Assembly: GCF_030028105.1 (NCBI RefSeq)
Contig: NC_092379.1
Coordinates: 19,631,309-19,695,308 of the forward strand
Length of the DNA stretch: 64,000 nucleotides
DNA from: Mobula birostris
Taxonomy: Eukaryota
Direction: 5' to 3'
Each line of letters begins with the position of its first letter. Position 1 is the stretch's first letter. Positions 34,146-48,200 of the stretch are shown here, one piece after another. The position numbers were made by a program, and so were the translations under genes. The notes beneath the pieces were generated by a model. It had not been told where the DNA came from and did not search any database. It saw only the letters and a list, made by a program, of their open reading frames with translations.

Positions 34146-35539
34146 CATGACGGATCATCACAGTATTGTTTTCAGATCGATCCAAAGGATTGGGATTGAT
34201 TTTTAATTGAATTGCAATGAAATTAATTTAGTGTAATAATATTTCATGACTTTTTTTACTTTTTTTTATTTTATGTAGTTATATTACAATATTGTATTTA
34301 ATTGTCTCCATGGAATTCCATTGACAAGTAGTTTCTGTTTGTATAAAACTGCATGTGATAGAATTCCCTCAGATATGGCTTTGGGAATGACTCTGTCAAT
34401 AATTGTATTGATCCCTCCTGCTGACACATGCACTCCAGGTTATGGGCATGGGGACTTCATTCTATTCTATTCTTGGTTTGCATTAATCTAGCACTTGTTT
34501 AATGTTTTCTCTCCTTGTGTGTTTTACTCCAGTATCTGTTATATTTTCCTGCATTGGCATTTTTTTTCTCAAAATGCTCTCTCTTACTGACATCACATTA
34601 GAACATGTACATGGTTGATGTCCAGTTCTGAGTCACCTGTACTAGTACCAACACCTCCACACTCTCTGATGGGGGATGCTGCAGGATGCACGAAGTTTCC
34701 TCAGATGAACACTGCGAAGACCAAAAGCTTTTGTTCCCACAGTGAGTTCTGTTCCAGGTCACTGATGCTGTTGTCCCTTTTCACTGACCTGAGATCAAAA
34801 ATACAGGCTGACTTGGCTGTTCACTGTAGTACAGAGGGACAGAGGTGCTGCCTTTCTGCTGAGACATTGAAGGGAGAACATAAGAAAATTAGCTGAATGT
34901 GTGGGGCTACACTCATATATTAGAGGCTGGAAATCTCTCCGATATTTGTCCTGGGATGCATTACCCACTTGTTGTACTTGGAGGCAGGTGGGCTGAATGG
35001 CTACCCTCAGTTTTATCAACTCCAGTCACTCAATTTTCTCCTTTTCTTTGTTTTAATTCACATAATTTCAAATTGTGACATAAACTCCAGGGGAAGATTG
35101 AAAGAAAAGCTACAGGCAATGATTTCCACAGCACCTGATTTACAAAATATGACGGAGCAAGATCCCGAGTCCACCACACTCCCCCTCCCCATTTCACCTT
35201 CTTGCTCTGTAACAATAATCCCCCTTCTCACTTCCCTCTTCTCTTTCATTGACCACTAGCCCATCCCCTGGTCCCCATTCCTAGGCCTTAACCCTGCCTT
35301 CCTCTCCCCTCTTGTATACCCCCTCCAGGGTCACATATCCTGCCATTTTCCCAATGTATCATCCACTGCTGTCCCTCCACCCACCTAACCGGCTCTGTGC
35401 CCCCATTTCCCATCTGGCATCCCCGGTGCATTTAGAGGTTTTTTTCCTGAAATGAGCAGTTGCAGTGCAGTAGCCTCGGATTGCCGAGTGAGTGAGATGG
35501 AGACTCCATTTCCAAACATCGCAGGCACACGGGGATCCC

Positions 35540-37945
35540 TTGATTGAATGTGCTGCAATATGTAGATCAGCCAACTGGAGGAGAGGCTGTACTTGATCTG
35601 GAATTTGGAAATGAACCTGGTCATGTGTCAGATCTCTTGGTGGGAGGGTATTTTGGAGGTAGTGATCACAACTCTATCTCCTTTACCATAGCGCTGGAGA
35701 GGGATAGGAGCAGACAATTTGGGGAAAGATTTAACTGGGGTAGGGGAAAATATGATGCTATCAGGTAGGAACTTGGAGCATAAACTGGGAGCAGACGTTC
35801 TCAGGGAAATTCATGGCAGAAATTTGACAAATGATCAGAGAAAATTTTCATGGTGCTCTGCATTGGTATGCTCCATTGAGGCAGGGAAAGGATGGTAGCG
35901 TAAAAGAACCAAAGGATGTGGAAAACCTAGTTAAGAAGGAAAGCTCAAAAACTCGTTTATAATAGAGTTCTAGAGAATTGCAAAGTTTCCAGGAAGGAGT
36001 TTAAGAATGAAATTAGGAGAGCTGGTAATAGATATTTCAACCCTGGGAAACAGATACTCTCCATCCACTCTGTCTATGCCTCCCATAATCTTGTAAACCT
36101 CCATCAGATCTCCTCTCAGCCACCAACGTTCCAGGGAATACAACCCATTTGAACAACCTCTCGTGATAGCACATGCCCTCTAAACCAGGCAGCATCCTGG
36201 TAAACCTCTTTTGCACCCTCTGCAAAGCCTCAACATCCTTCCTATAGTGGGGCAACCAGAACCGTACGCAATGCTCCAGATGTGACCTGACGTTGAGTTT
36301 CCAGGCAGCATCCTCACTTTTGAATGCAATGCCATGTCTAATAAAAGCAAGCATTCCATAAACCTTGTTAGCCACATTATTGACCTCTGTAGCCAGTTTC
36401 AAGGAGTCTGAACTTGGATCCCAAGATCTCTCTGCTCAGCAACACTGTTGAGGAACTTGCCCTGTACTGTCTGCTTGCATTTTCCCTCCCGAGGTGCAAC
36501 ACCTCACGTTTATCTGGGTTAAACTTCAACTGCCATTTCTCAGCCCATATCTGCAACAGATCTACATCATGCTGCATTCTTTGCCAGTTTTCTACATTAT
36601 CCACAACTCCACCAATCTTGGAATCATCCACAAATTTACTAACCCAACGATATGCATTTTCATCCAGATCATTTATATACATTACAAACAGCAGAGGCCT
36701 CAGCACAGATCCCTGCAGCACTCCAGTAACAACAGACCTCCAGCTCAAATGTCTTTTCAACCACTACTCCTGTCTTCTATGCGCAAGCTAGTTCTGAATC
36801 GAAACACCCAATTTGCCGCGGATCCCATGCATCTTAATCTTCTGGATTAGCTTCCCATGAAGGACTTTGTCAAATGCCTTCCTAAGATCCATGTAGACAA
36901 CAACCACTGCCCTCCCCTCATCAGCCTGTCTTGTCACCTTGTTAAAAAAATCAATCAAGTTGGTACGGCACGACCTGCCATACACAAAGCCATGCTGGCT
37001 CTCCCTAATTAGGCCATGGGTTTCCAAGTGTTTAGATATTTTATCCCTATGATTTTCCTTCAGCAATTTCTCTACAACTGATGTGTGACTCACCGGTCTA
37101 TAGTCCCCAGAATTTGCACTTCTTCCCTCATTAAATACAGGTGCAACATTGGCCACTCTCCAGTACTCTGGGACCTCACCTGTGGTGGGAGAGGATGCAA
37201 AGATACTGGTCAAGACCTAAGTAATCTCACCTCTTGCCTCCTTCAGTAACCTGGGGTAAATCCCATCAGGCCCAGAGGCCTTATCCATCTTAATCCTCAT
37301 TAGGAGGCCCAACATTTCTGCTTCCTTTACTTCCAAATACCGTAATGTATTTATATACTCAGCATTGATCTCCTGGTCCTCCACATCCTTTTCCTTGGTA
37401 AATACTGAGGTGAAGTTCTCATTAAGTACCTCACTCACATTCCCTGCTCCAAGCAAATGTTCCCCTCTTTATTCTTGAGTGGTCCCACCCTTTCCCGAGT
37501 TAACCTCTTACTCTTAATGTATGTATAGAATGCCTTGGGATTCACCTTAATCCTACTTGCCAAAGACATTTAACGGCCCCTCCTAGCTTTCCTTAATTAT
37601 TTTAATTCCTTTCTGGTTTCTTTATACTCCTCAAGTGCTTCATTTTGATCCTGATTTCTGAAGCTTTACATACTTTTTCTTTTTCTTCATGACTAAATTC
37701 ATCACCTCTCTGGACAACCAAGGTTCTTGTATCTTTCCATCCCCATTCTTCCTTCTGACAGGAACATATCTTTCCTGTATTCTGTGCAATTGCTCTTTAA
37801 ACACCCTTCATGTGTCTAATGTGGACTTGAGAGTGAAAATATGTTCCCAATTAACTCTTATTAGTTCCTGCCAAATGCCCTTGTAAATTGCCCGACCTCA
37901 ATTTAAAACCTTTCCACAAGGACCATACCTATCCTTGTCTACAAA
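35540..37945. mobile_element. CR1 fragments: + strand 35540-36025, - strand RT 36030-37945
   Basis: LDLEFGNEPG and GGSDHNSI on +; QHGFVYGRSCRTNLIDFF, QGSVLRPLLF, KFVDDSK on -. Confidence 0.8.
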
Positions 37946-39190
37946 CAGAATCACAATCAGAATCAGAATCAGGTTTGTTATCACCAGCATGTGTCATGAA
38001 ATTCTTTACTTAGCAGCAGCAGTTGAATGCAATACATAATATAAAAGAAGAAGAAAAAAAAATCACGGTATCCATATATTGAATAGATTAAAACTCATGC
38101 AAAAACAGAAATAATGTACATTTTGTAAGTGAGGTAGTGTTTACGGGTTCAGTGTCCATTTAGGAATCAGATGTCAGAGGGGAAGAAGTTGTTCCTGAAT
38201 CGCTGAGTGTGAGCCTTCAGGCTGCTGTATCTCCTACCTGATGGTAACAGTGAGAAAAGGTCATACGCTGGGTGCTGGTTGGCGTTAATAATGGACGCTG
38301 CCTTTCTAAGACACCACTCCTTGAAAATGTCCTGAGTACTTTGTAGGCTAGTACCCAAGATAGAATCAACTAAGTTTACAACCTTCTGCAGTTTCTTTCA
38401 GTCCTGTGCAGGAGCAACCGCCCACCCATACCAGACAATGATGCAGCCTGTCAGAATGCTCTTCACAGTACATCCACAGAAGTTTTCGAGTGTTTTTGTT
38501 GACATACCAAATCTCTTCAAGCTCCTAATTAAGTGTAGTCACTGTCTTGCCTTCTTTATAGCTGCATCCATATGTTGGGAGCAGGTTAGGTGCTCAGAGA
38601 TCTTGACACCAAGGAACTTGAAATGGCTCACTGTCTCCACTTCTGATCTCTTTACGAGGATTGATACGTGTTTCTTGATCTTACCCTTCCTGAAGTCCAC
38701 AATCAACTCTTTCATCTTACAGACACTGAGTGAAAGGTTGTTGCTGTGACACCACTCCACTAGTTGGCATATCTCGCTCCTGTACGCCCTCTCGTAACCA
38801 CCTGAGATTCCGCCAATAATGGTTGTATCATCAGCAAATTTATCCATAGAATTTTTAGCTATGCCTAGCCACACAATCATGGATATAGACAGAGTAGAGC
38901 AATGGACTAAGCACACACCCCTGAGGTGCACCAGTTTTGATCGTCAGTGAGAGGAGATGTTATCACCAATTGTGGTCTTCCAGTTAGGAAGTCAAGGATC
39001 CAATTGCAGAGAGAGGTACAGAGGCCCAGGTTCTGTAACTTATCAGTCAGGATTGTGGGAATGATGGTGTTAAATGCTGAGCTACAGTCGATGAACAGCA
39101 TCCTGAAATAGGTGTTTGTATTGTACAGGTGGTCTAAGGCCACATGAAGAGCCACTGAGATTGCATCTGCCGTTGACCTATTGTGGCAAT
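37946..39190 (-). mobile_element. Rex1/Babar-like LINE 3' half
   Basis: [41 protein letters not shown]; (ctgatt)n tail at 37946-37970. Confidence 0.75.
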
Positions 39191-39329
39191 ACTCTGGAGT
39201 AGAAGTACAGTCAGGTGATCTGACTTCCTGAAGTGAGGGCGTGGAATAGCACAGTAGGCTGAAAGATCCTGAAAGATTAGGAATTGTGGTCACTGTTCAT
39301 CCACTGAAAGGTCAATCACTTGGTCAGGA

Positions 39330-40960
39330 TCATTACCCAACTCTAGGTACAGTATGGCCCCTCCTTTCATTGGACTGTGCACATATTGATTTAAGAAACC
39401 TTCCTGGATGCACTAAACAAATTCAGCCCCGTCTGAACCCCTCACACTAAGAAGGTCCCAGTTTATATTCGGGAATTTTAAATTTCCCACGACAACAACC
39501 CCATTATTTTTACACATTTTCTTAATCAGATTACATATCTGTTCCTCAATGTCCTGGTGGCTATTAGGGGGTCTGTAGCACATAACACATAGGGGCTGGA
39601 GTGGGCCATCTGGCCCGTCGAGCCTTCTCTGCCATTCAATAAGATCATGGCTAATCTGGCCATGGACTCATCGCCACCTACCTACCTTTTCTCCATAACC
39701 CTTAATTCCCCTACTATGCAAAAATCTATCCAACCTTTTCTTAAGTATATTTACTGAGGTAGCCTCCACTGCTTCATTGGGCTGAGAATTCCAGATTCAT
39801 CACTCTCTGGGAAAAGTAGTTCCTCCTCACCTCTGTCCTAAATCTGTCTCCCCGAATCCTGAGGTTATGTCCCCGAGTTCAATCCCATCAGTGTGTTTGC
39901 ACCCTGCCTGTTCTTGAGTTTCACTCAAATGGACTCAGTTTCTGACCCCTCCGTTATGTTTCCTCTGAGTGCAGCTGTGACATTGTCCCTGATTGGTAAT
40001 GCAAACATCCCCCCCTTTTACCTCCTCCTCTATCTTTTCTAAAACTTCAAAAACCTGGTACATTAATCACCGATTCCTGCCCCTCTGTCAACCAAATTTC
40101 AGCGATAGTTACAACATCGTAGTTCCATGTACTGATTCATGCTCTAATTTCATCACCCTTACCCATAATACTCCCAGCATTAAAATATACACACTTTAAA
40201 CTATCTGACCCATCATGCCTGTTATTTCAGTTTTGCCTTTCAATACCTTCACTGACATCTAACTTAAGGTCAGATCCTTTCCCCTGCTGTCCAGGGGCTC
40301 TGGTTCTCACCTCGTGCAAAACTAGGTTAAACTCTCCCAAGTAGCATCAGCAAAGCCAGGATGTTGGTTCCCCTTCAGTTCGGGTGCAACCCGTCTCAAT
40401 CTACCTGTATATTGAAATTCCCGATGACTATCTTATCATTGCACTTTTGACACACATTTTCGATCTCCTGTTGTAATTTGTAGACCACGTCTTTGCTGCT
40501 GTTTGCAGGTCTGTACATAACTCCCATCAGGGTCTTTAACCATTGCAGTTTCTTAGGTATACACAGAACAATACTGCATCTTCCAATCCTATGTCACTTC
40601 TTTCTAATGATTTGGTTTAATTTTTTATCAACACAGCAACACCACTCTCTCAGCATACCAGCTTGTCTTTTCAATATAACGTGTGTCCTTGGACATCAAG
40701 CTCCCAACTATAATCTTCTTTCAGCTACGATTCAGTGATGCCTACAATATCATACATGCCAGTCTGTAGCTGTGTTACAAGTTAATCTACTTTATTCTGT
40801 ATACTGAGTGAATTCAAAGATAACACTTTCAATCCTGTATTCAACACCCTTTTTGTTTTCTGACTCCCTTTTACATTGCAACTCATCCCATTGACTGCAG
40901 TTTTGCCCTGTCATCAGCCTCGGCTTGCTCGCAGTCTCACTACACACTGCCTTTGTTTGT
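39330..40960 (-). mobile_element. Fragmented CR1 pieces (APE region and a 3' end)
   Basis: Similar to the minus-strand CR1 at 28.7-33 kb; heavily decayed. Confidence 0.6.
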
Positions 40961-40989
40961 TTGTTTCATGTTGATATTAAGGGAGAGGA

Positions 40990-42600
40990 GGTGTCATGTC
41001 GATATTAAGGGAGAGGAGGTGTTGGAGTTGTTAAAATACATTAGGACGGATAAGTCCCCGGGGCCTGACGGAATATTCCCCAGGCTGCTCCACGAGGTGA
41101 GGGAAGAGATTGCTGAGCCTCTGGCTAGGATCTTTATGTCCTCGTTGTCCACGAAAATGGTACCGGAGGATTGGAGGGAGGCGAATGATGTCCCCTTGTT
41201 CAAAAAAGGTAGTAGGTATAGTCCGGGTAATTATAGACCAGTGAGCCTTACGTCTGTGGTGGGAAAGCTGTTGGAAAAGATTCTTAGAGATAGGATCTCT
41301 GGGCATTTAGAGAATCATGGTCTGATCAGGGACAGTCAGCATGGCTTTGTGAAGGGCAGATCATGTCTAACAAGCCTGATAGAGTTCTTTGAGGAGGTGA
41401 CCAGGCATATAGATGAGGGTAGTGCAGTGGATGTAATCTACATGGATTTTAGTAAGGCATTTGACAAGGTTCTACACAGTAGGCTTATTCAGAAAGTCAG
41501 AAGGCATGGGATCCAGGGAAGGTTGGCCAGGTGGATTCAGAATTGGCTTGCCTGCAGAAGGCAGAGGGTCATGGTGGGGGGAGTACATTCAGATTGGAGG
41601 ATTGTGAGTTGTGGTGTCCCACAAGGATCTGTTCTGGGACCTCTACTTTTCGTGATTTTTATTAACGACCTGGATGTGGGGGTAGAAGGGTGGGTTGGCA
41701 AGTTTGCAGACGACACAAAGGTTGGTGGTGTTGTAGGTAGTGTAGAGGATTGTCAAAGATTGCAGAAAGACATTGATAGGATGCAGAAGTGGGCTGAGAA
41801 GTGGCAGATGGAGTTCAACCTGAAGAAGTGTGAGGTGGTACACTTTGGAAGGACAAACTCCAAGGCAGAGTAAATGGCAGGATACTTGGTAGTGTGGAGG
41901 AGCAGAGGGATCTCGGGGTACATGTCCACAGATCCCTGAAAGTTGCCTCACAGGTGGATAGGGTAGTTAAGAAAGCTTATGGTGTGTTAGCTTTCATAAG
42001 TCGAGGGATAGAGTTTAAGAGTCGTGATGTAATGATGCAGCTCTATAAAACTCTGGTTAGGCCACACTTGGAGTACTGTGTCCATTTCTGGTCTCCTCAC
42101 TATAGGAGGGATGTGGAAGCATTGGAAAGGGTACAGAGGAGATTTACCAGGATGTTGCTGGTTTAGAGAGAATGCATTATGATCAGAGATTAAGGGAGCT
42201 AGGGCTTTACTCTTTGGAGAGAAGGAGGATGAGAGGAGACATGATAGAGGTGTACAAGGTAATGAGAGGAATAGATAGAGTGGATAGCCAGTGCCTCTTC
42301 CCCAGGGCACCACTGCTCAATACAAGAGGACATGGCTTTAAGGTAAGGGGTTGGAAGTTCAAGGGGGATATTAGAGGAAGGTTTTTCACTCAGACAGTGG
42401 TTGGTGCGTGGAATGCACTGCCTGAGTCTGTGGTGGAGGCAGATACACTAGTGAAGTTTAAGAGACTACTAGACAGGTATATGGAGGAATTTAAGGTGGG
42501 GCCTTATTTGGGAGGCAGGGTTTGAGGGTCAGTACAACATTGTGGGCCGAAGGGCCTGTACTGTGAAGTACTATTCTATGTTCTGTGTTCTATGTTCTAT
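40990..42600 (+). mobile_element. Young 5'-truncated CR1 (RT and 3' tail)
   Basis: 306-aa open RT (KSPGPDG, QHGFVKGRSCLT, GVPQGSVLGP, KFADDTK); tail ctatgttctgtgttctatgttctatgt; same family as 60734-63060. Confidence 0.92.
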
Positions 42601-42604
42601 GTAA

Positions 42605-43190
42605 ACCAACAACTTGATCTTCAGCCTTATCACTCCACTTAATTGATTATAGATTAGAATTAGAAACTGCAGATACCTTTAAATTTTTAAGAAATTGGTT
42701 TGATAAAAATCTCATATGGTCAACACATATTAAAGAAATAATAACCAGAAGTAAGAAAGTGCTAAATATTATGAGGTGTTTAACAGGAACGGAGCAGGGA
42801 GCCGATAGGAAATCGTTGAAAGCAATATATAGGACTAATAAGATCAATATTGGACTATGGAAGTATGGTATATGGACCAGCATCACACTGTGTGCTCAAT
42901 AAACTGGATATAATTCAAATTCAAGCATTAAGCTTAATCAGTGGGGCAATGAGGACAACACCAGTGGCTGGCAATGCAGGTGGAGTTGGGAGAGACACCT
43001 CTGGAACTGAGAAGATCACAGCTTGTGGTAACATATTGGGTAAACCTACAAGGGCCTGGAGAAAATCATCCAAGTGAACAGCTTCTAGATCGATGCTGGG
43101 AAAAGGAAAGAAGGAAATTCAGAAGTTTTGCACGGACTATTGAAGGGAAAGCAGAAAGGACAGGAATTAGTAATAAGGCAGAATAGGTAC
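42605..43190 (+). mobile_element. Nimb/I-clade-like LINE fragment
   Basis: DYGSMVYGPAS...LDIIQIQALSLISGAMRTTP...MQVELGETPLELRR. Confidence 0.55.
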
Positions 43191-43194
43191 GGAG

Positions 43195-44920
43195 CATAGA
43201 TTGTTCCACAAAGCCAACAGAAAGGCAGGCATAGCTAGGACCGCTTCTTTTTGGATTCCAGACCTAATCAGTTCCCCTCTACCACCACTTTGCTCCGTCT
43301 AGCGGAATTAGTCCTTACTCTTAATAATTTCTCCTTGGGCTCCTCCCACTTCCTCCAAACTAAAGGTGTAGCTATGGGCACCCGTATAGGTCCTAGTTAT
43401 GCCTGCCTTTTTGTTGGCTTTGTGGAACAATCTATGTTACAAACCTATTCTGGTATCTGTCCCCAACTACATCAATGACTGCCTTGGCGCTGCTTCCTGC
43501 ATGCATGCTGAGCTCATTGACTTTATTAACTTTGCCTCCAACTTTCACCCTGCCCTCAAGTTTACCTGGTCCATTTCCAACACCTCTCTCCCCTTTCTAG
43601 ATCTTTCTGTCTCTATCTCTGGAGACAGCTTACCCACTGATGTCTACTATAAGCCTACTGACTCTCACAACTACCTAGACTGCCACCCTGTCTCTTGCAA
43701 AAATGCCATCCCCTTCTCGCAATTCCTCCGTCTCCGCCGCATCTGCTCTCAGGATGAGGCTTTTCATTCCAGGATGAGGGAGATGTCCTTTTTTAAAGAA
43801 AGGGGCTTCCCTTCCTCCACCATCAACTCTGCTCTCAAACGCATCTCCCCCATTTCACCCACATCTGCCCTCGCTCCATCCTCCCGCCACCCCACTAGGG
43901 ATAGGGTTCCTCTTGTCTTCACCTACCACCCCACCAGCCTCCGGGTGCAACATATTATTCTCCGTAACTTCCGCCACCTCCAACGGGATCCCACCACTAA
44001 GCACATCTTTCCCTCTCCCCCCTCTCTCTGCTTTCCGCAGGGATCACTCCCTACACGACTCCCTTGTCCATTCGTTCCCCCCCATCCCTCCCCACTGATC
44101 TCCCTCCTGGCACTTATCCTTGTAAGCGGAACAAGTGCTACACATGCCCTTACACTTCCTCCCTTACCACCATTCAGGGCCCCAGACAGTCCTTCCAGGT
44201 GAGTCCTTCACCTGTGAGTCGGCTGGGGTGACATACTGTGTCCGGTGCTCCCGATGTGGCCTTTTATATATTGGTGAGACCCGACGCAGACTGGGAGACC
44301 GCTTTGCTGAACACTTACATTCTGTCCGCCAGAGAAAGCAGGATCTCCCAGTGGCCACACATTTTAATTCCACATCCCATTCCCATTCTGACATGTCTAT
44401 CCACGGCCTCCTCTACTGTAAAGATGAAGCCACACTCAGGTTGGAGGAACAACACCTTACATTCCGGCTGGGTAGCCTCCAATCTGATGGCATGAACATT
44501 GACTTCTCTAACTTCTGCTAATGCTCCACCTCCCCCTTGTACCCCATCCGTTACTTATTTTTATACATACATTCTTTCTTTCTCTCACTCTCCTTTTTCT
44601 CCCTCTGTCCCTCTGACTACACCCCTTGCCCATCCTCTGGGTTCCCCCTCCCACCTTGTCTTTCTCTCCGGACCTCCTGTCCCATGATCCTCTCATATCC
44701 CCTTTGCCAATCACCTGTCCAGCTCTTGGCTCCATCCCTCCCCCTCCTGTCTTCTCCTATCATTTTGGATCTCCCCCTCCCCCTCCCATTTTCAAATCTC
44801 TTACTAACTCTTCCTTCAGTTAGTCCTGAGGAAGGGTCTTGGCCTGAAACGTCGACTGTACCTCTTCCTAGAGATGCTGCCTGGCCTGCTGCGTTCACCA
44901 GCAACTTTGATGTGTGTTGC
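43195..44920 (+). mobile_element. Penelope-like element (RT C-terminus, GIY-YIG endonuclease, terminal repeat)
   Basis: GVAMGT..GPSYA, LPFLDLSV, YKPTDSHNYL, YIGETRRRLGDRFAEH. Confidence 0.85.
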
Positions 44921-45239
44921 TTAAAAAGTCCTGGATACAGACCAGACCATCACAGGTAAAGCCCTTGTTGTGACTGTGAACAGGGTCACCAGAGAGACTG
45001 AAGCTGGTGGAGATAGAAGTCCATTCAGCAAAACAAGCAGCAGGCATTATATTCCAGACACTCTTGGAAGAAGAGGCCTGCCTGACCCTATATTACATGA
45101 CATTTTTATATGCTAAAAATCAAATGTAACAGCAGGACAATGCTGTAGTTATAAAGTATCCAGAATGCTCCTTTTGAATTACATATAATTTTCAAATACC
45201 TCCACCTTCACATCCACACCCAAGACACCCACAATGAAT

Positions 45240-48200
45240 TGTAACTCTCAGGTTTGGCTGGCCACGTTAGTCGAGGGAAGACAGTCTCTGGCCCCACCAA
45301 ACGTGTGAAATCTGAGGTGCCAAACCTCTTGTTTGCGTGGATGCTCATGATGTGTTCCCTTGTTACAAATCAATACCAAGAAATAACAAATGGTACACCA
45401 TATACAATTAAATGATTTATCTTTACAATTCTTAATTTGACTAGAGGGTTAGTACAGGAAAACAAAAAGAAAAGGGCCCACTTTAATGAAACAGTCTAAC
45501 GTGCACGTTGGAGCTCACAGTTTCCCATCCATTAGCCCTCCACTGATTTCCCCCAGGTGTCGTTCACTCCCAGCCCCATTCCAAGTCCACTCCGTCCTGC
45601 AGTCTACGACCTCTCTGTTCTGGCATCTTCTCTCTCCATCTTTCGCTGAACGAAAGACCTCGAACCACTCACTCTCAGGCACACAAGAAAAAACACTCCC
45701 TTCATTAGATGGCGCACATTTCAAAGCCCCGGTTATCTCGACTCATAACCCAAACACTGCTGCTACAGAACAACCATTACATTAGCAGTGAAACATTTCC
45801 CAGGACGTTACACTCTCCCCCCACCAAATTTAGTCATGTCCTTCCTGCAAAACACAAAGTCCAACCGGGCTGTAAAAGGCAGTGACATAGCTCCCCAAAG
45901 TGGTAGGGACACACTCTGCTCCCTGGTGCGACATAGGCCAGCCTATCCGGTGGGATCCTGATTTTTTGAGACCTCCATACCCCCTCACCTACCTCTTCAT
46001 GTTCCAACAGTACTGGGGATACTTCTGGTCTACCTGGCGCGGCCTTCCCCGGTCTATCACTCCTGCTCTCCTGCAACTCGGACCCCTCTGTCACTTGGCC
46101 GAGTCCTGCTTCATCCCTTGCAGGGTCCCGCTGAACCCCCAGCTGTCCACGGATAGCACCCCACCCGCCCGATTTCACCCGACTCAATGGGAGAAGGGTT
46201 GGAAATCTCTTCTTCAATCAGCAGGGAGTTAGCAAAAGATGGCATATACCACACCCCTATTTCCTCATCCTCCAAGTCTGTACCCCATTTAGGGGTGGGG
46301 GCCGGTCTAATCTCTCCTGCTGTTTGCCCTTCAGTCACCCAGCGATACCACAGAGTCCTCTTACTATGTTTGGTCTCCAGGTTGGGCTCTGGGTCAACCC
46401 ACACGTCTTATCCCAGGGGCAGAAGGAGGGTCTGATGGAGAATCTTGACCAGCCCATTCCCATCCCCTGGTTTCACCTGGAAAACTGGTACATTTGCCAC
46501 CTGGCTCTCCACTACATAGGGCATAGCCAGCCAGCGGTCAGCCAACTTATGCTTTTCAGGTAGCCCCCAATTCTTTATGAGGACTCAGTCTCCCGGCATG
46601 AGTTGCGAGATCCTCACCTTTTGACGATACCTCCTCTTATTTCCTTGATTCTGCTGGGCAGCCGGGACCCCAGCTAATTCATAAGCCCTTTTCAGCTCCC
46701 TTTTCATGTCAGACACATACTTCAAATAAGTCTTCGGTGGTAGGTCATCCTCGTCCACCCCAAAACAAAGGTCAATGAGCAACCTCACCTCGCGCCCAAA
46801 CGTCAGATAGTATAGCAAGTACCCAGTAGTTTCATTTTGGGTACAGTTGTAGTAGTGGGCCGGATGTCCAGTATGTTGACTCCACCTGCTCTTCTTGCTG
46901 GCCTTCAAGGTTCTGAGCATGTCTAGCAAGGTCGATTAAACCTCTCAGGCTGGGGACCACCCAGCGGGTGATAAGGAGTAGTCCTCGACTTTGCGACTCT
47001 GAGCATGCTCAGGAACTCATGGACGAGCCTACTCTCGAAATCCCATCCCTGATCACTATATATCCCCCTGGGGAAGCCATAATAAATGAAATACTTTCCC
47101 ATAACACTTTGGCCACCGTGGACACCCTCTGATCCTTGGTAGGGAAAGCCTGCACATATCTGATGCAGTGATCCATGATGACTAAGACATTCGCCATGTT
47201 GCTGGCATCTGGCTCTATTGACAGGAAATCCATACCAACCAGGTCAAGGGGCCCCGCAATCTGCAGTTGGGACAAAGGAGCTGCCTCGTAGGCAGTGTCT
47301 TCCTCCGTATGCGTCGGATGTATGAATTGTAGTTTTCTTCAACCTCCAGCTTCATTTAAGGCCCGTAAAACCGATCTCTGAGCAATCCACAGGCCTTTTC
47401 AAACCCCAAATATCATGAAGTTACTTCAACACCATCCTCCTATACTTCTCAGGCAGAACCAGCTGGGAACGTCGAGGTCGTTCCGGAGGTGACATGACCT
47501 GGTACAGGATCCAGTTCCTCAACTCCAATCTGGGCCATGCTCTCAGTAATGGAGGCGCAGTGTGTTTCGTCTTCTCCACTTGGACCGGGTCTCCCTTTTC
47601 GACCGCTGACCAAATAGTACCGATGCCCGGGTCATCTCGCTGAGCAGCTGCCACTTCCCCAGGCCTCAATTCCGGTAACTGGTTTGTCTTCAGAGCCGTC
47701 AAGTGACAGTGAACTTGTGGAATGACACCATCAGAAGCTCCGATCGATCTACTGCTCGATCCTGCCTTCACTGCCATGGCAAACTGGCATATGGCTTTTA
47801 CCCCTAGGGCAGGAACGCTCTCCCACTCCTCATCCCTGTCCAGACCTTCATGTGCACGTCGGGACAAAGCATCAGCATCAATATTCCTACTTCCCAGCCG
47901 GTACTTCAGGCTGAAATCATCGGCAGACAACGCCACCAACCATCAATGGCCTGTGGCATCCAATGTCGCCGAGGTTAGGAATAAGTTAGGGGATTGTTGT
48001 CCGTCCTCACCTCAAACTTGGCACCATAGAGGTAGTCAGTCAACTTATCAACAGGCCAGTTCAACACTAGAAACTCCAACTTGTGCATGGGATAGTTTTT
48101 CTCAGAGGGTGACAGACTTTGGCTGACTAATGCAACAGGTCTCAACCTGGTGCCCTGATTTTGATACAGGACTTCTCTGCTGGCATCTTTTCGAACTCGA

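Noticed and set aside
34600-34760. cacagtg and a possible small exon near 34740
   Set aside because: No nonamer and no Ig-like translation; adjacent to a SINE relic
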